This document shows, piece after piece, positions 9,009 to 25,200 of a DNA stretch of 29,567 nt. The stretch's first letter is position 1. Each line of letters starts with the position of its first letter. Source of the DNA: Corallococcus silvisoli. Lineage in GTDB: Bacteria > Myxococcota > Myxococcia > Myxococcales > Myxococcaceae. The notes below the pieces were generated by a model. It saw only the letters and a program-made list of their open reading frames with translations, ran no database searches and was not told the origin of the DNA. The stretch is from assembly GCF_009909145.1 (NCBI RefSeq), contig NZ_JAAAPJ010000005.1:592470-622036 (forward strand). Direction: 5' to 3'. Made by a program: the position numbers and the translations under genes.

Positions 9009-10297
9009 TCCGCTCCTCCCTCCAGCGCCGGGGCCTCCGGCGCGTCGCGGCCCAAGGGCCCAGGGGTCTTCAACACCCAACGCCGAGCCACCTCGTCCCC
9101 CACCTTGCGCAGCAGCCGGTCCGCGCGGGCGTAGTCCGGATGTTCCGGCAGCCGGCTCTCCCGGTGCGCGGCCTCCAGCTCGGGCGCCATCGCCTCCGCG
9201 TCGCGCAGCACGTCCTCCAGGGGCACCTGTCCCCCCTTGATGTCGAGCAGCCGCGCCTTCAACGGCCCCGTCGCCTCGAAGGTGGGGACACCGTCCCGCA
9301 GCCAACCCGTGGCCAGGGCCACCAGCCGCAGCAGGTTGTAGGCGTTCTTCGGCCGCAGCTCCCGCGCGGAGGGAGGGCGCTGGCCGCCACCTCGCGCGTA
9401 CACCGTGAGCGCCGCGAAGTCGTTGGCGGCGAGCAGTCCCTGATCCCACAGCGAGCGATAGAGCTGCTTGACGTATGTCTTCGCCGCGAGCACCGCGTCC
9501 TCGGGCGAGGGTGCGGCGCGTGGAGACACTGCGGCCAGGCGCCGAGCCACTTCGTCCAGGTCCGGCGTGGGATCTTCGCACAGCCACGCGAGGAGCAGGT
9601 CCCGGTGCTCGGCCAGCCGCTGGCTTCGCGTGAGCTTGTCGAGCTGGCTCATGGCATAGCGCCCGAAGCTGCCGAAGATGGCCTTGGAGACGAACGCCTC
9701 GCGCGCCTCCAGCACCCATTCGCCCAGGGTGTCCACCGCCGTCGCGCCCGGGACGAAGAGCGTCTCGAGCGTGTTTGGATCCGCGCGCAGGGCCTGCTCC
9801 ACCGCCTTGCGCACCTCCCAGTACGTGGTGCTGCCGTCCGCGCTCACCAGGTCCCGCGCAGGCTCCCCGAGCCCCAGCGTCCACGACAAGGGCAGCGCGA
9901 ACACGCCGCGCACATCCACGTCGGAGCGCTCGTCCGCGAGCCCCCAGGCGTGGCTGCCCACCCGCGTCTCCAGCACCACGCACGGCCGCAGCGCGCCCCA
10001 GGCCGCCTCTCGCCGCTGGGCGAACTGCACCTGGCCCATGCGCCGGGGAACCAGCTCGTCGCGCGCGAACCACACCTCGCCCACGCCGACGATCTGCACG
10101 TCGAACCCACCGTCATGCGCGCGCACCACGCGGCCCACCACGCCCTGCGGAATGCGGCGCCCCGCCGAGGCCACTCGCTCCACACGCGTCGTCACCTCGG
10201 TGCCGTGCGGAAGGGGCACGGACAGCCGGTCGATCTGCTCCAGGCCCCGGACCCTCGCGGCGGTGGAGGAAGCGGCATCAGCTCGCGGGTCACTCAT
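9005..10297 (-). CDS. Pol-beta superfamily nucleotidyltransferase with an extra ~110-aa N-terminal domain and a C-terminal helical region (430 aa), upstream member of the NTase pair
   Basis: VVLETRVGSHAWGLADERSDVDVRGVFALP gives the GS-x10-DVDV signature, with a third acidic site near DLVSADGS. Start chosen at the ATG at 10297 (MSDPRAD), preceded by AGGAGG at 5-nt spacing. The track's GTG at 10327 has no SD. Confidence 0.75.
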   Translation of the reverse strand: MSDPRADAASSTAARVRGLEQIDRLSVPLPHGTEVTTRVERVASAGRRIPQGVVGRVVRAHDGGFDVQIVGVGEVWFARDELVPRRMGQVQFAQRREAAWGALRPCVVLETRVGSHAWGLADERSDVDVRGVFALPLSWTLGLGEPARDLVSADGSTTYWEVRKAVEQALRADPNTLETLFVPGATAVDTLGEWVLEAREAFVSKAIFGSFGRYAMSQLDKLTRSQRLAEHRDLLLAWLCEDPTPDLDEVARRLAAVSPRAAPSPEDAVLAAKTYVKQLYRSLWDQGLLAANDFAALTVYARGGGQRPPSARELRPKNAYNLLRLVALATGWLRDGVPTFEATGPLKARLLDIKGGQVPLEDVLRDAEAMAPELEAAHRESRLPEHPDYARADRLLRKVGDEVARRWVLKTPGPLGRDAPEAPALEGGAE

Positions 10298-10375
10298 CGG
10301 TCCCTCCTGCTTGGGTGGGTGGGCCACGGTGGACGCAGTGAACCACGGGAGCCTGACCCGGCACGGCGCTTCCCG

Positions 10376-11401
10376 TCAGCGCGCGGCGCGTCGCGCGGCG
10401 TCGGGCCGGGGCGGTCGCACGGGGAGGAGGCCCTCCACCTCGGACGCCAGGGGCAGTGCCGCCAACGCGCCCAGCTTCGTGACCACCCTCGCCCCCACGC
10501 TGGCGGCGAAGGCCATCAGCGCGCTCAGCTCTTCGCGGGTCGCGTCCTCCAGCGAACGCGCATCGCCGTACCAGCGCACCAGTCCGTGAAGCATCGCGGA
10601 CACGAAGCCGTCACCCGCGCCGGTCGTATCGACCACCGTGACCTGGGGCGCGGGAATGGAGATGACCTCGCCGCGCCAGAGGAACACCGCCCCGCGCTCG
10701 CCCAGCGTCACCACCGGAAGCCGCACGCCCTGCCCCGCCAGGACGCGCAGGGCGTCCTCGGGCGTCGTCGCCCCCGTCGCGAAGGACACCTCTTCCTCGG
10801 ACAGCTTCACCACCGTGCACAACGGGAGCATGCGCCCCAGGAGGACTCGCAGCTCCTCCGGCTGGCTCCACACGTGCAACCGCAGGTTCGGATCACAGCT
10901 CACCAGCATCCCGGCGTCGCGCGCCAGGGTGAGCATGCGCACCATGGCCTCACGCGCCTCCGGCAGCAGCAGCGAGTTGGAGCCGCAGTGCACCGCCTTC
11001 GCGCACCGCACGAAGTCCCCATCCACGTCCGAGTCATCCAGCAGGAACTCCGCTGAACGCGTCCGGAAGTACGTGAACGTCCGCTCGCCGCGAGCATCCA
11101 GGGAAACGAACAGCAGGCCCGTGCGCGCGTGGTCCACCTGCCGCAGGCGGCTCACGTCCACGCCGTCCGCCGCCAGCCGCTCCCTCAGGAAGTGGCCGAA
11201 CTCGTCCGCGCCCACCACGCCCACCATCGCCGAGCGCAGCCCCAGCCGCGCGAGCCCCACGGAGACATTGGCCGGAGAGCCCCCGGGCGAAGGCCGCCAT
11301 GCCTCCACGTCCCGCACGCGCGAGGCGCCGCCCGCCACGGGAAGGAAGTCCACCAGCGTCTCGCCGACACACACCACGTCCAGCGATCCGGCCTCGTGCA
11401 T
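10376..11401 (-). CDS. PfkB-family carbohydrate/nucleoside kinase (341 aa)
   Basis: VVCVGETLVDF at the N-terminus and VVDTTGAGDGFVSAML (the PfkB signature-2/anion-hole motif) near the C-terminus. Start is the ATG at 11401 (MHEAGSLDVV). Confidence 0.85.
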   Translation of the reverse strand: MHEAGSLDVVCVGETLVDFLPVAGGASRVRDVEAWRPSPGGSPANVSVGLARLGLRSAMVGVVGADEFGHFLRERLAADGVDVSRLRQVDHARTGLLFVSLDARGERTFTYFRTRSAEFLLDDSDVDGDFVRCAKAVHCGSNSLLLPEAREAMVRMLTLARDAGMLVSCDPNLRLHVWSQPEELRVLLGRMLPLCTVVKLSEEEVSFATGATTPEDALRVLAGQGVRLPVVTLGERGAVFLWRGEVISIPAPQVTVVDTTGAGDGFVSAMLHGLVRWYGDARSLEDATREELSALMAFAASVGARVVTKLGALAALPLASEVEGLLPVRPPRPDAARRAAR

Positions 11402-11430
11402 GACTCTTCCCCTCGGGAGCGCGCGCGCCG

Positions 11431-12165
11431 TCAGTCCAGGCCCACCTGGGCCATGAAGTCCACGCTCTTGAGCTTGCGGCCCAGGTGGTGCGCGATGAAG
11501 ACGTTGAGCAGCCCGCGTGCACGGGCCCGGAGGTCCGCGGGCAGCGGCGTGCGCGCGCCTTCCTGGAGCGAGCGCAGGCCGGACAGGAGCGCCACCGGTA
11601 CCGCCACCGAATCGCGCGCGCGTCCGCCGCAGGGCTCGCACACGGCACCGCCGTGGCCCTGGTCGAACCGCGGACGCTCACCGGGCTGTCCACCACACAG
11701 CGAGCAGGAGTCGAAGCGAGGCATCAGCCCTGCCTGCGCCAGCGCCGCCAATTCGAACGCGAGCAGCGACGTGGGGCCGGCCTCCTTCGCGTCCAGGCGG
11801 TGCAGATAGCCCTCCACCAGTTGGAACAGCTCCGGATGCGGCTCATGGTCGCGCGTGAGCTCGCGGCACAGCTCCACCGCGTACAGCGCCCGGGCGATGA
11901 GGGACAGGTCCTCGCGCGCCGCGTAGAAGCCCGCGACGATGTCCGCCGAGTCCAACCGCACCGTGCTGCCGCGCGTCTCCACCAGTTGCACGCGCAGACG
12001 CATGAACGGCTCCAGGGCGCCCGCGAACCGCCGCTTGCTCTTGCGTGCCCCCGCCGCGAACGCGGTCAGCTTGCCGTGCTCGCGCGTCAGCAGCGTCACC
12101 AGCCGGTCGGACTCACCGTAGTCGACCGTGGACAGCACGAACGCATCGTCGGCGTACCGCTCCAT
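11431..12165 (-). CDS. recO: DNA repair protein RecO (244 aa)
   Basis: N-terminal OB-fold region (FVLSTVDYGESDRLVTLLT), a CxxC...CxxC zinc motif (CSLCGG...CEPCGG), typical length. The ATG at 12165 is preceded by AAGGGGG. Confidence 0.88.
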   Translation of the reverse strand: MERYADDAFVLSTVDYGESDRLVTLLTREHGKLTAFAAGARKSKRRFAGALEPFMRLRVQLVETRGSTVRLDSADIVAGFYAAREDLSLIARALYAVELCRELTRDHEPHPELFQLVEGYLHRLDAKEAGPTSLLAFELAALAQAGLMPRFDSCSLCGGQPGERPRFDQGHGGAVCEPCGGRARDSVAVPVALLSGLRSLQEGARTPLPADLRARARGLLNVFIAHHLGRKLKSVDFMAQVGLD

Positions 12166-12174
12166 GATCCCCCT

Positions 12175-12561
12175 TCAACGCGCCACGGGAGACGGAAGCT
12201 TCCCGGACACCATCAGGAACAGGACCGCGCCCAGGAGCAGCACCGCCAGCAGCACCGCCAGGACGACGTACGCCCGCTTGCGCCGCTCCTTCTCCAGCTG
12301 CACGGGCGACGGCGCGGGCACCGCCCGGTCCACCTCCTCGTAGCGCAGCGCCGCTTCCTCGGGCGACAGGCCGATGACCTGCGCGTACGCGCGGATGTAG
12401 TTCAGCACGAACACGCGCTCGGGCAGCCGCTCCACCTGTCCCGCCTCCAGCGCGGCGACGAGGCTGGGGGGAATCTTCGTCTCCCGGGAGACGTCCTCGC
12501 GAGACATGCCGCGCAGCTCGCGCTGCTGGCTGAGGTATTTGCCAAAGTCGACGTGATCCAC
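12175..12561 (-). CDS. Small HTH (XRE/RodZ-N-terminal-like) protein with a single C-terminal TM helix (128 aa)
   Basis: GKYLSQQRELRGMSREDVSRETKIPPSLVAALEAG is a Cro/C1-type helix-turn-helix, and AYVVLAVLLAVLLLGAVLFLMV is a TM helix. GTG start at 12561. It sits 9 nt upstream of recO, consistent with co-transcription. Confidence 0.6.
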   Translation of the reverse strand: MDHVDFGKYLSQQRELRGMSREDVSRETKIPPSLVAALEAGQVERLPERVFVLNYIRAYAQVIGLSPEEAALRYEEVDRAVPAPSPVQLEKERRKRAYVVLAVLLAVLLLGAVLFLMVSGKLPSPVAR

Positions 12562-12582
12562 GGTCTCTCAGCGCCCCCTGGC

Positions 12583-13341
12583 TTAGAGGTGTTCCAGCAG
12601 TGAGCGGCAATCGTCCTTCAGCACCTGCTCGGAGGGCTGGGCCTTCGCCTCGCAGCCCGCGAACGCCTTCTTCGCCGACTCCACCTGCCCGAGCTTCGCC
12701 TGGCACACACCCTCGCGGTGGTAGGCCTCCGCGACGTCCGGGCACTTCTCACGGAAGTTCCCGAACTGCCGGCAGGACTCCTCCGTCTTGCCCGTCTCGT
12801 CGTAGATGATGCCCAGGTTCCGGTAGCCCATGCAGAAGTCCGGATTGGTGGTGATGGCCGCCTTGATGTTCTGCAGGGCGTTCGACGTATCGCCCTTCTT
12901 GTACAGCGCCCAGCCCAGGTTGCCCTGCGCGGAGAAGCCGAAGCGGTACTGCATGTCGTTGAGCGCCTCCTCGTACAGCTTGATGGCGTCGTCGTAGCGG
13001 CCCTGATCCAGGCGCAGGTTGCCCAGGTTGTTGCGCGCGTCGGAGAAGGTCGGCCGCAGCTTCAGGGCCTGCTCGTAGTGGGAGGACGCCTCATCGAGCC
13101 GCCGGAAGGACAGGTGCAGGAGGATGCCCACCGCGTTGTGGGCCTCTGGGTTGTCCGGGTTCTGCGCCAGCGCCTTCTGGTACTCCGCGAGCGCGTCCTG
13201 CACGTGGCCCTGCTGCTGCGCCTGCACGCCCAGGTCGTAATAGATCTCCGAACTCCGGCGCTCTTTCTCCGTGGGGACGTGCGCGCAGCCCGCGGAAGCG
13301 AGCACGAGCGCGAGGAAGCTGGAGGAAGCGATGCGGAACAT
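12583..13341 (-). CDS. TPR-repeat lipoprotein (252 aa)
   Basis: MFRIASSSFLALVLASAGC gives a signal peptide plus lipobox. Multiple 34-aa TPR units follow (ALAEYQKALAQNPDNPEAHNAVG, AIKLYEEAL...). The ATG at 13341 is chosen over the Arg-rich upstream extension. Confidence 0.7.
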   Translation of the reverse strand: MFRIASSSFLALVLASAGCAHVPTEKERRSSEIYYDLGVQAQQQGHVQDALAEYQKALAQNPDNPEAHNAVGILLHLSFRRLDEASSHYEQALKLRPTFSDARNNLGNLRLDQGRYDDAIKLYEEALNDMQYRFGFSAQGNLGWALYKKGDTSNALQNIKAAITTNPDFCMGYRNLGIIYDETGKTEESCRQFGNFREKCPDVAEAYHREGVCQAKLGQVESAKKAFAGCEAKAQPSEQVLKDDCRSLLEHL

Positions 13342-13364
13342 GGGTGCCAATCCGGGATGGAGGT

Positions 13365-13829
13365 TCAGAACGCGGCCAGGAAGCGGCCCAGGGTGGTGGC
13401 GACGTTGCGCTTCTCTTCGGCGCGGGCCTTCACGGCGGGCACGAGCGTGGGCTCCCGGAAGAACACGGGCAGCGTCTTGAGCCACTCGTCCTGCTGCGCG
13501 GGGGCCGCGGCGCGCCAGTTCGCGTTGTCCATCATGAAGCCCAGCGACTCCACGAACGCGAGCGCGTCGTCCTCGTCCTCGCGCAGCTCATCCGCGGACT
13601 GGATGCGCCGGCCGGACACGTACACCGCGCAGTCGCCCGCCTCCACGAGGTACAGGTACACGAAGACGCCCGCGCCCTGCCCGCCCCGAAGCCCCACCAC
13701 GAAGGCCTGCGCGGGCCCCGCCTGCTTGCCGGGGATGGCCACGTGCGGAGTGTTGAGGGCCAGGTGCAGCGCGAGCACCTGGTCGCGGCTCGCGGGAAGG
13801 CCCCGGTAGCGCTCGTCGATGGTGAACAC
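13365..13829 (-). CDS. Hypothetical protein (154 aa)
   Basis: Clean ORF with codon bias like its neighbours. GTG start at 13829 is preceded by GGGAG at 7 nt. No motif recognised. Confidence 0.5.
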   Translation of the reverse strand: MFTIDERYRGLPASRDQVLALHLALNTPHVAIPGKQAGPAQAFVVGLRGGQGAGVFVYLYLVEAGDCAVYVSGRRIQSADELREDEDDALAFVESLGFMMDNANWRAAAPAQQDEWLKTLPVFFREPTLVPAVKARAEEKRNVATTLGRFLAAF

Positions 13830-13862
13830 CGTCGTCTCCCTTCCTGAGCGCCCGCCCCACCT

Positions 13863-14549
13863 TCAGCGGGTGGTGAGGGTGAACTCCTCGGTCGCGTCCT
13901 GCGCGTCCGCAGCCGTCTTCTGGAAGCGGATGAGGGGCGTGTCAATCATCACGTTGCCGCCACCCTCGTTGCCCTCGCCGATGATCACCTTGAAGACGTT
14001 CCCGGGAGAGCTGCTGCGGCGGCTCCCCGCGACGACCTTGCGGGCCATCAGCGTCACCGCGTTCGGACCGGGACGCAACTGACTGGTGATGTCCATCACC
14101 ACCTGGTCCTCGTTATTGCGCAAACGGCGCAGCCAGCGCGAGTTCACATACACGTCGATGTCGAAGTCCGTCATCCCCGGCGTCGTCTGCTCCGTCACCA
14201 GCCAGTAGCGCTGCGAGATTCGGCCCGGCACGGAAGCCGGAGGAGTGGGCGCCGCGGCCGGCGCGGGGGCCTGGGCAACGCCCGCGTCCGGAGGCGTGGC
14301 GGCCGGCGGCGGAGGCGTGGCGGGAGGCGTCGAGGGCGTGGGGGTCACGGTCGTCACGCGAGCGGCGTATCCCGGCGCGTCGATGTGGACATTGCCCTCC
14401 GCGTCGATGCGGACGGTGGCCTTCTCGAAGCGCTGGTTCTTCACGCCGTCGATGTTCACACCGTTCAAGAACACCGAGCCAGCCAGGGCCAGCACGGGAA
14501 CGAGGGAAGCCACGAGGGTGAGCGCGATGCGGTCGGACGAGCGGGGCAT
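13863..14549 (-). CDS. Secreted two-domain protein with a Pro/Thr/Ala-rich linker (228 aa)
   Basis: The ATG at 14549 is preceded by GGAGG. The signal peptide is MPRSSDRIALTLVASLVPVLALAGSVF, the linker is TPTPSTPPATPPPPAATPP...APTPPAS, and a C-terminal globular domain follows. Confidence 0.6.
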   Translation of the reverse strand: MPRSSDRIALTLVASLVPVLALAGSVFLNGVNIDGVKNQRFEKATVRIDAEGNVHIDAPGYAARVTTVTPTPSTPPATPPPPAATPPDAGVAQAPAPAAAPTPPASVPGRISQRYWLVTEQTTPGMTDFDIDVYVNSRWLRRLRNNEDQVVMDITSQLRPGPNAVTLMARKVVAGSRRSSSPGNVFKVIIGEGNEGGGNVMIDTPLIRFQKTAADAQDATEEFTLTTR

Positions 14550-14720
14550 GGGGGCATTCCTCCAGGGAATCCTCAACAGTCCCGGGGGCTTGCAACGACT
14601 TAGCGCACCCGGGGGAGCGGGACAAGGCGGGTGTGGCCCACCATGGAGCGCACCGCCGCCCCGAACATTCACCCCGGGGCCCGTGTTCCTCACCCCCGTC
14701 CAGCGGACTCGGACGAGGGC

Positions 14721-15482
14721 TCAGGGCGCCGCGGTCGGAGACGCGCCAGACGCTTCGGGAGGCAGCTCCCGCTGCGCGAGCGCCCAGTCCCCGCCCAGGC
14801 CGTGGCCCTCGCGGAAGCGGCGAAAGTCGCGCCGCACGGCACGCGGGTAGCGGCGGAACTTCTCCAGCTCCCCGGCCCGCATGGCGTCCCGGATGCGCGT
14901 GGGGCCGGCGTTGTACGCCATCAGCGCCAGGTCCAGGTCTCCGCCGAAACGCCCCTGGAGCGAGCGCAGGTAGCGGATGCCCAGGCGCACGCAGACGGCC
15001 GGGTCGGACACCACTTCCTCGCGCGACAGCCTCAGCCCTTCCTTCTCCGCCAGGAAGTGCAACGTGCTGGGCTTGATCTGCATCAGGCCCCGGGCCCCCT
15101 TCTCGGAGATGGATTCCTCCTCGAAGTCGGACTCCACGTCGATGAGCGCCAGCACCAACAGCGGGTCATACCCCGTGCGGCGGGACTCCTCGTCGATGGC
15201 CTGCCCCAACCGCCGGCGCAACGTGAGGCCCAGATCCGGGGCCCGCTTGGCCAGCACCGCGTCGATGAGGACCGCCTCCTCGGAGGCGGACTCCATCCCC
15301 ACCACCTCGGGGACCACGGGCTGGGGGGTGGGCTCCTCCAGGAGAGGCACCACCCGCGCGGACACCACGAGCGCCACACCCGCGAGCAAGGGGAGCCGGG
15401 AGCACCCACTGCTCAGGGCATGCAGCCCCGCGAAGAACCGCGTCCCCAGCGACCTGCCGCCCGAGGCGGCGGGTCCACTCAC
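14721..15482 (-). CDS. Lytic transglycosylase (SLT/goose-lysozyme-like domain), membrane-anchored (253 aa)
   Basis: ESDFEEESISEKGARGLMQIKPSTLHFL...AYNAGPTRI is the SLT-domain catalytic Glu plus the GLMQ and AYNAG motifs. The GTG start at 15482 overlaps the upstream phasin stop as GTGA. Confidence 0.8.
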   Translation of the reverse strand: MSGPAASGGRSLGTRFFAGLHALSSGCSRLPLLAGVALVVSARVVPLLEEPTPQPVVPEVVGMESASEEAVLIDAVLAKRAPDLGLTLRRRLGQAIDEESRRTGYDPLLVLALIDVESDFEEESISEKGARGLMQIKPSTLHFLAEKEGLRLSREEVVSDPAVCVRLGIRYLRSLQGRFGGDLDLALMAYNAGPTRIRDAMRAGELEKFRRYPRAVRRDFRRFREGHGLGGDWALAQRELPPEASGASPTAAP

Positions 15483-15829
15483 TTGCGGTGCTCCAGGGCC
15501 TGGATGCGTTCGGACAGACGCTCCAGGCGGGCGCCGAACGCCTGCAACTCCTCGCGGCGCGGCAGCTTCAGGAGGGTCAGGGCCGTACGGACCCGCTCCT
15601 CCACGTTGTGCTCCAGGTCCTTGCGGTGCCCCGCCAGGCGGTCGGAGAACTCACGGGCCTGGCGCTTCACCTCGTCCTGGCTCCAACCCGCCACGGAGGC
15701 CACGCGCTGCACCGCGCGGGAAGCCTCCTCTTCCGCCGTGTTCACCGCGAGGAGCGCCTGGCTCCAGATCCGCTCGAATGCCTCCGCCACGGAGGTCTTC
15801 TCTCGGGGGGCCTCGGTGTTGTTGTCCAT
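15479..15829 (-). CDS. Phasin-family (PHA granule-associated-like) protein (116 aa)
   Basis: Helical, Ala/Glu/Arg-rich sequence: SVAEAFERIWSQALLAVNTAEEEASRAVQRV...LKLPRREELQAFGARLERLSERIQALE. ATG at 15829 (MDNNTEAP). Confidence 0.7.
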   Translation of the reverse strand: MDNNTEAPREKTSVAEAFERIWSQALLAVNTAEEEASRAVQRVASVAGWSQDEVKRQAREFSDRLAGHRKDLEHNVEERVRTALTLLKLPRREELQAFGARLERLSERIQALEHRK

Positions 15830-15930
15830 GAAGTCGCTCCGGGAGTACCCCAGGCCCTCTTGGAGGGAACCCGGGGCATTCAAAGGGGGTCTGCGACCTA
15901 AGCACACCCCATGGGTGAAGAAAACGCTGC

Positions 15931-16392
15931 TCAGGCCCGCGGAGAAGACGCCGCGCCGCCCGAATTCTTGGCCGCCGGGTGGGGACGCCGGGTGGGCTTG
16001 AGGAGCACATCCAGCTTCTTCGACAGGCGACCCAGCTCGTGGGTGATCTGCTCCACCTGGGACTGGCTGGCAACTCCCACCGCCTCCACGACCTTCGCCT
16101 GAAGCCCGTCCAGCCGCTTGCGCAGCTCCGCGCCCGCCGCGTCCACCTTCTTGCTCAGCTCCACGACCCGCGGATCCACGCGCAGCTCACCGGCCTGCAC
16201 CTTCGTCCACAGGGCCTGGACCTCCTTCGCCGCCACCTGGCCCCGCGTCTCCAGCGCCCGGAAGGCCCTGTTCGCCTCCCCTTCCAGGCCCTCGAAGCGC
16301 TTCTGCGCCTGCGTGAACCGCCCCTTCAGGTAGGCCTCCACGTTCTGCGTGACGCCCGTCTTCTCCGCTGCCTTCGCACTCGTCGTCGCCAT
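15931..16392 (-). CDS. Phasin-family protein, paralog of the downstream gene (153 aa)
   Basis: MATTSAKAAEKTGVTQNVEAYLKGRFTQAQKRFEGLEGEANRAFRALETRGQVAAKEVQALW... is coiled-coil and phasin-like. The ATG at 16392 is preceded by GGGAG at 7 nt. Confidence 0.7.
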   Translation of the reverse strand: MATTSAKAAEKTGVTQNVEAYLKGRFTQAQKRFEGLEGEANRAFRALETRGQVAAKEVQALWTKVQAGELRVDPRVVELSKKVDAAGAELRKRLDGLQAKVVEAVGVASQSQVEQITHELGRLSKKLDVLLKPTRRPHPAAKNSGGAASSPRA

Positions 16393-16438
16393 GTCGTGCT
16401 CCCCCCCGGCTGTTCCGGGTCTCATAACGTGATGCGTC

Positions 16439-16466
16439 AACATAACGCACCGCGACATGGTGTCAA
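16439..16466 (-). promoter_or_regulatory. Sigma-70(SigA)-like promoter candidate for the phasin gene pair
   Basis: On the minus strand, TTGACA (plus 16461-16466) is followed by a 16-nt spacer and TATGTT (plus 16439-16444), about 45 nt upstream of the phasin ATG and just downstream of the rpoC terminator. Confidence 0.3.
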
Positions 16467-16486
16467 GGCGACAGAATGTGAAGTGT

Positions 16487-16533
16487 GCAAAACGAGAAAG
16501 CCGCCGTCCCGGCATGACACCAGGACGGCGGCT
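16487..16533 (-). terminator. Rho-independent terminator of the rpoBC transcript
   Basis: Perfect 10-11 bp GC-rich inverted repeat (gccgccgtcc...ggacggcggc, 16500-16532) with a 13-nt loop. On the minus strand it is followed by UUUCUCGUUUUG, 36 nt after the rpoC stop. Confidence 0.7.
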
Positions 16534-16568
16534 GGCTCAGGAAGCGTCAGGGACGCTCCGAGCAGGCA

Positions 16569-20777
<4,209 letters not shown>

Positions 20778-20909
20778 GTTGCCTCCGAAAACTTATGAGC
20801 GCCCGAGGCGCCAAACGTTTCGGGCCCCCGCCCTGCACCCGGCCAGCCGCTCCCCCTACGAGGAAGCAGCCAGCCGGTCAGGCGGGCGCACCGGCTTCTT
20901 TGAAAAGGC

Positions 20910-25136
<4,227 letters not shown>

Positions 25137-25200
25137 TCGGTCTCCGGGGACGGCTGCTCGGGCGGGGCAAACTTCAGTAACGCGCGGCGGCGCCGGGAAA

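Noticed and set aside
5763-9134. 1123-aa plus-strand ORF, with similar long plus-strand ORFs at 8978..11056, 16632..20798, 21291..25313, 2880..4802, 4174..5784, 14631..16001, 116..1231
   Set aside because: All lie antisense to strongly supported minus-strand genes (kinase, NTases, rpoC, rpoB, glyS, glyQ). Their translations are Arg/Gly/Ala/Leu-rich low-complexity with no motifs. Long stop-free antisense frames are expected at ~70% GC.
9009-10073. 355-aa N-terminal extension of the 8220..10073 ORF upstream of MKGM
   Set aside because: The extension is Arg/Gly-rich junk that overlaps the better-supported upstream NTase in another frame. The ATG at 9008 has a GGAGG SD and an ATGA coupling overlap.
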